From the NCBI GenBank assembly GCA_965285935.1, contig CBDIWN010000008.1:806001-870000 (forward strand): 64,000 nucleotides of DNA, in the 5' to 3' direction. The DNA is from Ophelia neglecta (Eukaryota). Position 1 is the stretch's first letter. Each line of letters starts with the position of its first letter. Under the pieces are notes generated by a model that saw nothing but the letters and a program-made list of their open reading frames with translations, was not told the origin of the DNA and searched no databases. Position numbers and translations under genes: made by a program. This document shows positions 11,577-25,100 of this stretch, in pieces.

Positions 11577-14500
11577 ATGGCTCCTATCACGTGTCTGTGT
11601 TGGCTGGTCATTTCCAGCGTCTTTCTTTCAGCTAGAGTTGCTGGTCAGCCAGGTCAGTAGATACTACTATTTTCATTTTGCAATAACACAATTTTGTTGT
11701 TGGCAGTGGTATGATTCAGGATTCAAAAGTGTGGAGGCATCTTTTTGGCGATACAATGCAAGACGACAATAAATGAGCCAATGTTTTGTCACATGGAAAA
11801 ATATTAGTTAAAGTTGGTAACCCGTATGGTCAAAATGGTAAACTTTGTCGATAGATAAATCATACGGACCTTGAGCGTATGAAAATAAAATATGTATATT
11901 TGTAACATATGTATATATGTATATGCCACATCCGTCAGATGTTCCTCTTACATAACTGTTCCTTTTATGCTTTTCTGTGTATCGAGGATCCAACTCCGAA
12001 GGTAGACCTTAGTTGCACCGAAATATTATATACTAATTATAAAGAAAGTTAAAGTCAAAGTATTTAAATTATATTCGGCTGTAGTGGTCTGTTTATAGAG
12101 TTTACCGCTTTCACGTGTAACTATATCTAATACAACCCATCCTAATCCGACTGCATCTTATACCACCCGTCCTAATCTGACTATATCTTATACCACCCGT
12201 CCTAATCTGACTATATCTTATACCACCCGTCCTAATCTGAATTCATCCTATGGAACCAAACTACATCCTATAAAAATCTTCCTCATCTGACTACATCTTA
12301 TCAAACCCATTTTATTAGGACTTCATGTTATATGAAAATTGGCACATATGCCGAAATGAAAAGAACACGCCATTAGCATCATTTTATATGCAAAATGCAT
12401 ATGGCGTTCTTTTTTCATTCAGATTTTAAGGAGGGTAACATAAATGTGACAGTATGATTCAATGCAATATGAATTGGTAAAAATATATGGCATCGCTGCA
12501 AAAACGTTATCCTATACAAAGCCATGAAGTCGATGCTTAAACGGTGTGTATAGTGTTGTATTCACATTCAGGGCCGCTCGGAAACCAGGGTGTTAAGATC
12601 ATTTTAATGCACACACTAACTATAGCCATACCTATATTCCTCTCTAACCGGCTCATAATTCACTATAAACACTCGAATGGCAGTTATCTCATGGGAAGCA
12701 TGGCTTCGGTGTGACCCGAGACAACCTGTCACAAGCGAAATGCCGTCAGCTTTTGTATGTGTAATGCAATAAAGCTACGGTGAACGTTTGCCGGATCTTC
12801 GCCTGAAATTTAGAATATTAGGTGTTTAATATTACGAGGAGGCGCTGATAACCTCTAAATCCCTCAAGAGGATCCTACGTCCTGTAGATCTGCCAGGGAC
12901 CCTGACAATCTCTAAATCCGCCACGGCATTCTTTGCCTAAGAGCTTCAGCCCGTCACTGAAAGTTTGCTTGGCAAAAAGATATGCACATATAATGTCTTC
13001 CTTTTGTTGATTTTAACAGTAGACACGTAGCCCTGGTGTCAAGATGGCTGACGCGGGGATACGAATTCTGCAAGTTTAAAAGGTCATTTTTTTAGCTTCA
13101 CAGATAAATGTTCGACATATTTATTTCTTCGGGCTCTTGGAGAGTCAAACTACGATCAATGACTCCACTTAAGACTGCTCGTGCGTAGGTTCTAGTTACC
13201 ATTGTTTAGACCCACGCATTTAAACATTGCAAAGGCTTTGAGTGTTTAATTCCGCTCATCATAGGCTTGGGGCAATGTGCATCTGTTTCATCCCATCCAA
13301 TATTATCGATGTAAAACACCAATTCAAAACACACAAAGTCGAACTACGGTCAATTTCCCAGATGCCTTCTGCCTCTGCTGGCTTGTTCACGGGTATGTTC
13401 TTAATGTATTTAACAAATTTCATGGCATTTATATACACAGCAACTTGGTCCTCGCGGTAAAATAATGGGTATGGTCCAACCGTGCTGGTTTGTTTATTTG
13501 TTTATCACGGCATTGTCTTCTAGTAGTAGAGATGGCTTACACCTAGTTATTTTACAATGGGTGAAAATAGAATAATATTCTATTCTATTCCCTTCCAATC
13601 CCAATTTAATATTATTGAGCTGGTTAAGATTATTTTCATGTTCAGAGCATGGCACCCAGAAGTAATGATAGTGTATTTTTGTATCATTTAGCCACACGTC
13701 GCGTCCTCGAAGCTTGTTTTGATTAGAGGAGAGACATTGTAATTATTTGGTTTAAAGATGGCTGGTAAGAATAGTCATTCAGATCTGAATCTTTTGGTGC
13801 CGGTGTCTTTAAAGCCCTTTATCTATTGCATTGCCAATGAACATAGCTTGGGATTGCTTTCTGATGAGTTCGATTTAATGGACTAGTCTTTGCCAATGAT
13901 TTGCTTTGTGCGCCTGGAAGTTAGTGTATTGATTTCTGTTTTCAGTATTCGATAGCACCCTGTGTAAGATCACAGCCGCCGGTCGCGAGTACAATGGTAC
14001 ACTAGCCGTGACAACAAGTGGTATAATATGCCAGAGATGGGACAACCAGTCCCCTCATTCTCACACGTACAAAAACTCTAACAATTTTCCGGATTCGTCA
14101 TTGGCGGCAGCTAATAACTATTGCAGGAATCCTGACCCCGGATGGTTCGATGGTGTTTGGTGTTACACCTTGGATCCGAACACAAGATGGCAACTGTGTG
14201 ATATCCGATTCTGCTCAGGTAATCTATTCTGTATTTACCTATAACATGATTGTTTACTTTCATATACCTTGTCCGGTCAAAGTCCGATTTCCGAAACCAG
14301 CTGCACAAATAAACGATCGATGCGAGACAAAGATACGCAACCACACATGGCCCAATAGTCCGAAAGAAACATGAGCTGGTATAAATGCAAAACACGGAGT
14401 GGAATAATAGGTCAAAATTTTAAAAACAAAGATATAAGGGTTCTAAAGGCGATCGTGTAGACGATTTGGTTTGTTAGATACATGGCGATCTACTACGGAA

Positions 14501-17500
14501 ATAAAAGAAGGTTGGAATGGCCCAATAATTAGAAATTATTCTGAAATCACACTGACATGATATTGTTTGCCGCGTATCCACTCCCGTTGTTCAAAGAAGA
14601 TCCGCATGTATTTTGTAAGTCCGCATTTGTACACTGCGGAATAACTTCCGAAAAGCTTCATTGATTGTAGGACCAGCTCATCCAGAGCATTATTATATAG
14701 AACGGTTTATAGGATAATGCTGGTTGCGCTTTTCTATAGTATGAATGATAAACAATCCAACGACCGTAGCGTTTACAGGGAGGAATAAACAACGTTTGAG
14801 GAGATTGATGTTTTCTTTTATATGCGTTTTCCTATTTTAAGCTATGTTGCACACGCGTGGCGAGGTGAAATAGCCTTTGAGGACGTTTCAAATTTAGTAA
14901 TCGCCCTGCCATTCTACATAGGTGGGAACAACTCTTTAAACTAAGGCTTTGCTGTAAATATATTTACATTAACAGGAAATGAACACATATGTGTAATTCT
15001 TGTCAATTTATTTTAACTTATTTATTGATAAATAATATATGTATTAGTTACTAAAAGAATTTTATTTTTAGGGAAGGACGCGCAATTGTTAAGAATAAAT
15101 AGAGGGGATTTCAACCGGTGTTTCCACGGTGATATTCCTCTGGCCACAGTTTTAATGCCCATTATGTAACTCCTCTAATCTTTAGCTAGAAAATAGGCAT
15201 AATCCTAACATTTACACTCTCATATAAGCGCGATCTTGAATTTCTAGACCTGGTCGTCTACCTATTTACACCCAGCTTTTAACTTTGATATATATACCTT
15301 AGACAAAGTAATTGGATTATACGACAAGCATTGAAACAAATTAAAAGCGTATTTGTCTGCCAGTTTGTAGATTTGGCAACACGGCGGAATGTCTGTTTCC
15401 ATGTCTTTGCACTGCTGGCTGTGACATAACGACAGGAGCGTGTTTGTCCCGAGGATTATGTCAGCTGGACGATCCCACGACAGCCGGAATAAGGAGAACA
15501 GGAGCTGGTTGTGGAATAGGTAAAATTGTCGCTTTCGATTATGATAGTTGCGAGCCATGATAATTGTAATCATCATGAAGCGGATGAATGACCATTTTGT
15601 TTTGTCCGCCTGGTGTTCACTCCCGGTTTTTACTAAGCGGTTACCTGTTCGATATAAGTTAAGAAACAGCTCGATTTTTCTGGTTATTTTACCCGCATCT
15701 TTAAATCAGCAAGTGGGTGTATAATATGGAAGGCAGAAATGTATTTCAAATATGCCAGCGCACTCGGAGTGTCTATCAATAATTATCTACGGGTAGATAT
15801 AACGAAATTGTACATTAATTCCTCATTTAGAATTACGGTAACCAATGTAGAAGGCGGCGGATGCTGATAAAAAATCAAATAAGTTACTGACAATTTAACT
15901 TGTAATGTTTAGGTAATGTAGCGCTTAGAAAGCCGGCCTATCAGAGTGGAACCTGGAGGAATTCACAGGCGGGTTTGGCCGTGGACGGTATTATTACCGC
16001 TGACATATCCCAGTGTGCTCATTCTGACGCTAAGGCTGGGAACAGATCCTGGTGGTATGTCGATCTCCTAGAGACCTACACCGTTATCAGTGTCACCATC
16101 TACAACAGAAGAGGTTCACATTCCGGTTAGTTATATACTTTCAAGGTTTTATTTTTAACTTGACCTTCTGTCAGGGAGTGGGTTCAGGTGACATATCGAG
16201 AAATGTAAAATTGAAATGGACAGGATATAAAAGAAGGGTAATATACCTCTACCTTTATGACAATTAAGTGAGATACTCAAAAAAGTTTTTCAGAAAGAAA
16301 AAAAGTTTTTCAGAAAGAACGAAGATGTATACTGATGGGTAACTATGAAGGCTACACTACATATAATTTAGTGCCCAGCTCACTAGCTATTGGCTACATT
16401 ATCTTAAGAACTGGGCTTGGAAGAAACACCACCTAATAAAGGCCATGCAATGAACAATTTATTGTACGATCACTGCCTTTCTGCCTATTTGATATTTTTT
16501 TGATATTTTTTGGGGGTTCTTGTTATAACAGATTGGATGATTTTTGCCGAATAATTATTATCCAAATTATAATCATAAGTAATATTTGAGAAATAACTAC
16601 GGAAACTAGTTCCCGAGTACATTTGAACATGATAACTAGACTTCATAACTCGCCCAGTATGCCGAATTCGTCTCATTTGACTGTAGGCGTCACGGGATAC
16701 TGTGTTCACGGGTGACTCCATGCACAATGTATCGTCAGAAAAGAGACAAAAACAAGAGACACCACAGGGAAGTTACTACTGGCACTTTGAGACCGATGCC
16801 TTGAGATAATAACCAAAAACACCAGCATTGCCAGCATTTACCTTGAGATAGTTAGAATACATCAAGTTACTAATCTCACACAGACACTGGGCTATAAATG
16901 GTAACGGAGGCCATAGCGACTGATCTCCCAGAGGCAGGGTACATATTAAAAAAATTACTGACCCCTGGGGTAAAACTATTCCAGACTAGCACAGAAAGAT
17001 TGTTTGCTGCAAATGCAAACCGACTGTGGTCTACATTCCAGATATGACTTTTAACAACTGCAATGCTATGCTTATGTACATAAACATGACTAACAGAATT
17101 TTGCAATAAAAATTCACACTACCAACATTTTGTAGAAGTCTATGTCCTTTTGGCATATTATGCATATAAAGCCCCATCATTGATGTCGCAATTAAAGTAC
17201 TGTTATTGAGGTTGCAAGGGTTTTTCTTCTATTTCTTACAACTAGAGCGAACAGGACACTTCCGACTGGGAGTGGGAGACGTTACCGATGGTGACCAAAC
17301 CAGTCTTTGTAAGAACTATGCAGGCGTCGTACCTGAGGGAGGACATGACACCATAGACTGTAACTTGCCAGTTACAGGGCAATATGTCACCATAATCCGA
17401 GATGCAAATGGATTTGAACCCCACTTGCTTGGACTGTGTGAGGTTATGGTTCATGGATATAAACCAATACGTATGCTGAGTAGCAATATTTTTGTTTCAT

Positions 17501-20500
17501 AATGAAATTTTAATATAATGTTGCGGCTAACACTAAGCTTTCGTTCATGCAAAAAGTTTAATAACTAATATTATATTATTATCCGGTTTCTGCGTGGAAT
17601 TTTTGTTTGTTTGAGATCATACTGCTATAATTGGTTAATTTTAAATTTCATTATTAATTAATTAAGAAAAAAATCCATGGTAATATGATGGTTGCATTCT
17701 TTATTTGAGTATTGTAACTAATGGCTGATGACGCGGTTTGGTAAGCTAAAGCCAAGAATATAACTACATAGTTAGAACCAATGTTAAACGTTCCTTAACT
17801 AGTGTACATTAAACGTTGGGCCTAAATTATTATTAACGTTACTCATTGTTGTTTGATGGATAAATGTAAACAGAACTATGTACGGGCTATGTACTTGTAT
17901 GATTGGGTATCATGGAGAGCAGTGCGAGTACAACTGTATGGAGTACAGAAGTATGTACACATTCCGGTATTTAGTATGATTTGTCTTCCCATCGACAGAT
18001 TGTGACAGTGATCGTTGTCAGTCATGTAGTCCTCTTATTGGCTGCGACAAATGTGCTCCGGGAAGTAAATACCCAGATTGCAAAACAGGTAAATGAATTT
18101 TAGTATTTTCGATAGCGCTTTTCCTATGTAGTATTTGGAATTTTATTATGAGTGTTATATATCTAACTATTATCTGCCCCATATAATAATATACATGATT
18201 TGTAACCTTCTTTACAGAATGCGATAAAGAACATTTCGGCGACAATTGCGAAAAACGATGTAGTGATAATTGCCTAATAAATCGGGGGTCTAACTCTCGA
18301 TCATGTAAACTCTCTGACGGCGCTTGTCTCAATGACTGTAGAGAAGGCTTTTGGGGTGACATGTGTGATGGCACGTGTAATATGAACTGCCGGCGGATAG
18401 TTAGTGATGAAGTGTGTTCAAAAGATAACGGGAGTTGTACCCAGGGATGTCTGGACCCTTACTACGGAGACCAGTGTTTACAATCTTGCAGTAGTGGATG
18501 TAGAGTCGTCACGGGCTCCAACACGTGTCACATGCACACAGGGTCTTGTAATAACGGCTGTCTACCAGGGTTCTACGGCGCCCAATGCGATAAGACATGT
18601 AATAATCAGTGTCGTAGTCTCTGTGAGAGATACAGCGGGCTATGTACTTGTATGATTGGGTATTATGGAGAGCAGTGCGAGTACAACTGTAGTATTCATT
18701 GTGAGACAGTCGATAACACTCAGACCTGTGAAAAGGACAGCGGAGCGTGTAGTCACGGATGTCAGCTACCACCTTATAGTACCTGGTATACTGGAGATAT
18801 GTGTAGCCAACGCATAGGTAACAACTCGTTTTACTTAAAAACGATTCCACTGAACTGAATACAAATATACATTTACCTTCTTTTATGATTGTTTTACAGC
18901 GTACTTGGGTTACCCATCGAACCAAACTATGACAATCATCAACATCACAGCAACATCTGTCACCGTGAGCTGGCCCCACACAGTTGTTTTTCCCAAAGAA
19001 AACTTGCGTTTGTATGGCTACAGAGTCTATGCCATTACTGGAAATCAACAGACTTTATCTGATCATAAAATTGGTACCGACAGTGCTTTGAAAATATATA
19101 ATCTGAAAATAACTGGTCTGCAGGAAAACACTGTTTATAACATGAAGGTGACTCTGTATCGTACAGTGTCGGGAAGAACAGAGGAGAGTCGAAATAGCTG
19201 CATGGTCGTATCTGTTACCACATTACCAGGTAAATATGCGGGTATTTAAGGTCGTTCTTATATATGTAAAGAGAAAATTTAGAAAATGGGAAGCGCGAAA
19301 CTTGAAACAATGAATGGGCATTAAAATACATGCTACAAAACGGCTACCTGTTTAGGGTGCTGAGCTGTTAGTGCGTGGCACTTTGTGGATATGACTGCCA
19401 TGCGGGTTTGGGCGCATGCCGCATCAGCGCCGCAACGGCGGTACAGCCTATTTCACAGGAACCAAGAAATACATTATATGTTGGCCATTTTACCCATGTG
19501 TTATATTCCAATAAGCTGTTTATGTTGACCAGGGCAAAATTATCCACTGGAATCGGGCGCATTGGTAGGAATCGTAATAGCGTGTGTTGCATCACTCACC
19601 ATCGTTACCATAGTTATAGGCTGTCAATTTTTCAGGTAAGTGAAATTGATATTTTCTTATTGATTACATGTAACAGTTAAGGCATTAGGACAAATTCATT
19701 TCTTAGTTAAAACATCCCAATAGAATGTTATCTCGTGTATTATTTGTCTATTGTTATTATATGCATGCCTGCATATATTCATGTAGTCCCTTGCTGGAGT
19801 GTAGATATTTTATGTGGAATTGCTGTCATTTTTTCGCCGGTCCTACTTTTTCATATATGCAGAGTAAGAATTCACCAACGTTCAACGAACGAATCACAAC
19901 CAACTGACCACCAGGGTAACGCTACCAAAGGAGTTGAGTCCACTGAATTCAATTTTTACGAGGAACCGTCACTGGAAGCAACCGGCTATGGTAAGAGCTA
20001 ATGAGCTATATGGGTTTCTGTTTTATAATAATTCTTTATTTAATTTTACTGCATTACGAGGTCTGACCAAATAACGTAACGGGACAAAAAGATCCTCCTT
20101 TAATACCCCATGGTCACAGACTAATATTGGGAACTAGGGAAGTACATGTCTACCTAAATGTAGTTCTTCACTTTGATCGGTGTCGTGTATAGCGACAGTT
20201 AAGTATTTAGGTTCATATATTAGGTGCATAATATCTTAAAACTTATCGTTGTTTATAATAAGTGCATTTCCACTAATGGATGACACTGCTCGGGCAATGA
20301 TATTCCTTGCACTTTAATATATATGACTGTAAGGGAAGCGGGGGGCTTGGTCAGTTTCAACACACATGTTTCTACACGACACCATTATCAAGCTTGAAAA
20401 TGCAGGTTTCTGTGAATTTCGCTACGATTTATACATGCAATAATATCGCAGAAAACATGGGTTTTAACACTTGTTTAAGCAAATAGCAATGAACAATCTA

Positions 20501-20760
20501 CTTTCGAAGCTTTTCGTTAGTGCAGATTTCTTGGCCATGAGGAACACTATGGAATAGTGTTATGTTCTTTATTTTGCCATATTCCATTTCACTTGGAATT
20601 GTAGTCCTGTATGATCTTTAATAAATGTAATGTGCCATTTAAGGATGGTTTTATATGTTTTACAGCTAACCTGACGGAAGATGGGAAACCTATGTACGAA
20701 CAATTTCACCCAAATTCAGATTATGAAGAAATAGACAAGATAGGTGGCTCCAAGCAATAA
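11577..20760 (+). CDS. Paralog B: kringle + F-type lectin + EGF repeats + FN3 single-pass receptor with tandem Tyr-motif tail (~762 aa)
   Basis: Exons 11577-11652 (signal peptide MAPITCLCWLVISSVFLSARVAGQP), 13946-14218 (kringle), 15364-15519, 15913-16125, 17246-17470, 17999-18088, 18218-18817, 18900-19229, 19533-19635 (TM GALVGIVIACVASLTIVTIVIGCQFF), 19863-19990, 20666-20760 (ANLTEDGKPMYEQFHPNSDYEEIDKIGGSKQ*). All introns GT-AG; total 2289 nt, open frame. Confidence 0.88.
12121..12330. repeat. 30-bp minisatellite (ctatatcttataccacccgtcctaatctga)
   Basis: Four near-identical 30-bp units at 12121-12240, followed by degenerate units. Confidence 0.9.
13946..14218 (+). CDS. Kringle domain exon of paralog B (phase 1-1)
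   Basis: Flanked by ttttcag| and G|gtaatc. Translation LCKITAAGREYNGTLAVTTSGIICQRWDNQSPHSH..NNYCRNPD..VWCYTLDPNTRWQLCDIRFC has six Cys and the NYCRNPD and WCYT kringle motifs. Confidence 0.92.
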
Positions 20761-22104
20761 ACAATGGCTTATACAATTAAATGTTCGATAGGTTGCCTCA
20801 TTCTTCTTTGCATAGGGAATTCTCACCCCTAAAACTAAATGTAAATACGGCCTTAGAAGACGTAGTAAGCATTAAATTTATGATTTATTTGTATAGATTA
20901 CTAAAATAAATTTTCCTATCGCAATTCAATGATACGATTAGGACGAAGGCTACAAAAATAAACCAAAAAATATGACTTTAAAATCTTGACTTTAAATTTG
21001 TTCTGTACATTATGATTTATTTGCACAGTATCACTTGAAATTGATAATCGAATGAGTAAATGTTTTTCCCAACTAAAGTGCAACACTAAAGCATTTTTCA
21101 ATCAAACTACGATGATTTCTCACGTCCCTTTTAAGTTGTGTCAGGCCTTAGGGTATACTTGTTCATTTAATTTAACGTGAAGTGTTCATGAATTACGTTA
21201 TATAATTCAAGTAACGAATTTTACCTATCACGATGAATAATGAACAATTGACATACAAAGCGTGTTCATTTGTTCATATTTTTGAGGCCAGTATCGCATT
21301 GTAGAGCCATTTTTTAGGTTCCACAAGCTGTGAAAGAAAACCTGTTGGCTGGTATAGAATACGATTGCTGAATTGTGATTGCCGTAAATTTGGTACATTT
21401 ATTGCTTTTGTGAATGTTTGGCACACAAAATTGTATAATCGTAAGTAAATCAACTTTAATCAGAATAATATTAGCGCCTCTAATGTAAATTTTATTGTTT
21501 TCCGAGATCATATGTCTGTACTTATAAAATCGACTACATATATGGACATTTGTATTAAAGTGAGTGCACATATAGCTAGATAAAACAACATAATATGCCG
21601 AAAATATAGTATACGGCTTGATGAAACGGCATATTATACAAAATAACTATAGTATTTGCATTTGACCATTCAATGCCATTTGTACTTGGAAGGGAGGGAA
21701 AATTGAATTCAAGCATAAAGAATTTGTATGTGATCCTATTCTTAAAGAGTATGTCTTATATCCAATGTATATTCTTAAGACTTGACAAAAGCTGTTTATG
21801 ACATATTTTTATTCATATCTGGAAACGATATAATAAAATATATTTTGTAAAAGAGTTCAGTATGATTTAACTCGACCTTGAAAAAGTAGGTCAAGGTCAA
21901 AATCTGATAATGCGATCAGAATCGAAGCACATCACTTCCTATACGCTCCCAATGAAGGTTGAAGCCCTAGCTGCTCAAATAAAGAAGTGAAGTGACAAAG
22001 TCGCCAACTTTTGTTTGGTGTTACTATGGGTCCTTTGTGTATTCTGATTCGCACCAATTGTAAATTAGCTCTTGTCTGACTTTATTTCGTGTCCTTACCC
22101 GCAA

Positions 22105-22192
22105 CTCTCTCTCTCTCAGTATCTCTCTGTCTGTCTCTGTCTCTGTCTGTCTCTTTCCCTGTCCCTGTCTCCGTCTCCGTCTCTCTCTCTCA
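22105..22192. repeat. CT-rich compound microsatellite
   Basis: (ct)n, (ctgt)n and (ctctgt)n runs. Confidence 0.9.
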
Positions 22193-22194
22193 CT

Positions 22195-25100
22195 TAATAG
22201 CTGTGTGGCCTTGTGAACATTGATATTATTCATTCGAAAAAGTCAGCGCCCCTCCTATAAGTTAAAACAGTTAATTTTTTTGCTTCTAAGATACGCTCTG
22301 GAACATCCACCAACACCCGGTCTTCCAAAACCATTAATCCGCACAATGACGCTCTGAACGACACTGATCGTTTGTTAATTAGATCTACATGCTGTTTTAA
22401 AATTAGTCTAAAGAGTCTTACTTTTTGTATTGTGAGAAGTAAGGTTTTTCGAGTGTATTGTGTATAAAAATATTGTTTACAGTTTACATATCGTGTCTCT
22501 TCACCTCTGTTGAAACCCGTCTTTATTGGTGTTTCACAGTAAACAAACGAACGAGGGTTACGATTTATACGACCCTTATGGTAAAAAATTGTATACTGCC
22601 TCTAACTTAACCGTTAAGTTTTAAGAATATAGATAGATGTGCCCCTTATTCATTTTTCATGCCCTTATGCGTATTATTTATTATATTTTGCAACAACCAA
22701 CACGGGTATTCGCGCGCTAATGACTTAGATCCGTTGTACGTTGGATATGATGTACACTGTTTATATGTGTTTACTGATTAGCTGAACTTTTTACTTCCAG
22801 TGTTACCAGTCGGTCCAGTTAATATTAGGGTTAATGATCAATGCCACTAGTTGGTTATTTCGCGGGTATTTAGCCGAGGTCTGGACAAGCCTTTCTCCTC
22901 GTCAACACAACCAAAGCGTGGCCGAGGGAGTAGAGAGTCCAACGGTTATATATTTGTGGATAGATTAGTCGTACGGCCATTATAAGCACTTTGAGCGGAT
23001 ATTACAAGATATGTATATATGTATATGCCACATCCGTCACATGTTCCCTTACATAACTCAATTTCCTTTTATGCTTTTATGCCGCCCTCAGTTGAACTCA
23101 TGCCAGTTTTGTGTTGTGACTATGTCCCATTCAAAATGCCTTGTAATTTAGTCGACCCGATCTCTGACCAGTCGACAGCTTGGCGAGGTTCATATATTTG
23201 AATCTTAATTTACTCTCTTCAATTTATCATTTGTTATGTCCAGGAAAATTGGCAAAATAATTGCCGTTTTGAATCGAGTACTTATCCGACCTCCTCCAGT
23301 ATCAGGTATCGTAGAGCTTGGAGCAGCTACGTATTTTACCTTGATGTAAATTATTGCTGTTATGAGAATCGGCGTGTAGACATCTTGGATTCAGCTCGAT
23401 TCCGGCAACACCGGAAGTGTATTCACGGCAGATAGTACAAAAACCATAATCCGGGAATATCAATTAATCCCGTGATGTGCATCGCCCGGCAGGTATTTCA
23501 GAGTTACGCCACCCTATGGTTTATGCCTATGACCCCATCTCGGAGAGGGAATCAATTAATTGAGGGAAGTATTATCTCCGAAACTAGAGCACAGAAATAT
23601 AGGCCGTTTTGATCTGTATATATCTAGAAAGATGTCGCTGCTTCTGACCTGGTCGTTTTTTTGATGTGGACAAAGCACCTTTGATTGACAGCCATACTTC
23701 CCAGTAAACCTTAAGACGAGCAAACCATGCAAAGGAGAGCTTTTTCAGAGGCGGTGCGAAAATGCCTGAAGCATAAGCTGCCCCAAGATGAATCTCCGTA
23801 ACTACATCTATGACATATTGTAATGATACAGACTTCAATGTCAGGAAACGCCAGCAGCCAATGGTATTGAAACTGTATCAAAACAACTTTAGTTATGATG
23901 TTATCTGTATCCTTCCCAAAATACGTTTTATTAATTTATCAAATAGTATAGTCCCAGTATTTCCTCGTCCATCAGCGTTTTGATTTGGGATTAACACCTA
24001 GATGCGCATGACAACCAAACGTCTATAACATTAACGCAATTCCTGCCTATATATAGTTTAAGGTAAATATATCATAGTGAATCTACATTGCACTAAAGTT
24101 ATAATTTAGCAAAGGCTTGGGCATAGCATTTAGATTTGCATAGTAACCAAACTTTCATAAGCATAAGGCCACAGGCATGTTTCGAGAATCGTGACGTCAC
24201 AAAATCAACGTCATGAGGATTATACCAAAAAGATCCGCGGTATAGCACATTAGGAGGCATTTACCTTCGTTAAAGTGCCAGGCCAATAAGTGTGTTGTAC
24301 CGTATCAGAGAACGTTTGCCTTTATTCTTCAGGGCAGCAATGAACGTATCAGAGAACATACGCCCAAAGCAAAGTGGATAATTCACACCAAACCTTATGT
24401 TATCTAGTAGACAATTCCTACCACAGTTCCAGCGGCTTTCATCTATTTTTATTCCCATGCTCGTTAAAAGACTGACATAGGATTGTATGACCCTGTTAAC
24501 CGATCATGTCTGAATGATATACCATCAGGGTGGCGTGTCGATGTAAACTCAAAACACTATTACAAGTGCCTTAAGGTGTGCAAATAAAGATGGATAATTT
24601 CTTGAAAGAAGACGCATTAAAAGAACCCCCTCCTGTCTAATCTGTGATACTCAACAACCCATAGAAGCCTTGTTATTATGTTTGAAATGTCGCTGGTAAG
24701 GATTTCCTTGTTTGTAGTTTCCCTCCAAAGCTCGTTCAAACGAAGATAAAACCATTATTTATGTATCATAGCGCGATGATCACCAGCCCTGCTAGATACC
24801 TGATATAATCGTTTAAATAACTGTTTAAAATTGATTTTCATGCCCCAACATATTTGACCAGGATTAAATTATATACGACGATTATGGGAGGAAAACATAT
24901 CGCATCTTTTATAGATACATAGTGGCGACAAATTGCGTTTTCAGGTCAATAAGCATTACATTAGACATATACGTATATCATTCTGAAATTTTTCCCGTTC
25001 ATTCCTATGAGGCCAGTGAATGTCTGTCGAATGCAAAGATATCTGAATTGTCTTCTATTCTGCTACTAAGTCAATTTTATATCTGAAAATAGGCGCACGT

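Larger units (their letters stand above)
8868..12080 (+). repeat. Duplicated intergenic / first-exon block, copy 1 (upstream of paralog B)
   Basis: 8868-9665 aligns to about 22195-22815, and about 10475-12080 aligns to about 24290-25945, with long identical runs such as catgctcgtta..gaccctgttaaccgatcatgtctg and ggaattgagttcccgatgaattagaataaatagttatgacatccctacaaacac. Confidence 0.9.

Noticed and set aside
12121-12330. Regular 30-bp repeats as a CRISPR array
   Set aside because: The units are contiguous with no unique spacers, there are no cas genes, and the context is eukaryotic. It is a minisatellite.
13020-13083. Possible decayed exon (PWCQDG*RGD..) after a good acceptor site
   Set aside because: It is short, contains two stops and has no counterpart in the other paralogs, so it cannot be separated from chance.
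21870-21960. gaccttga..ggtcaaggtca hairpin reminiscent of Helitron-associated repeats in marine invertebrates
   Set aside because: Element boundaries could not be defined from this window.
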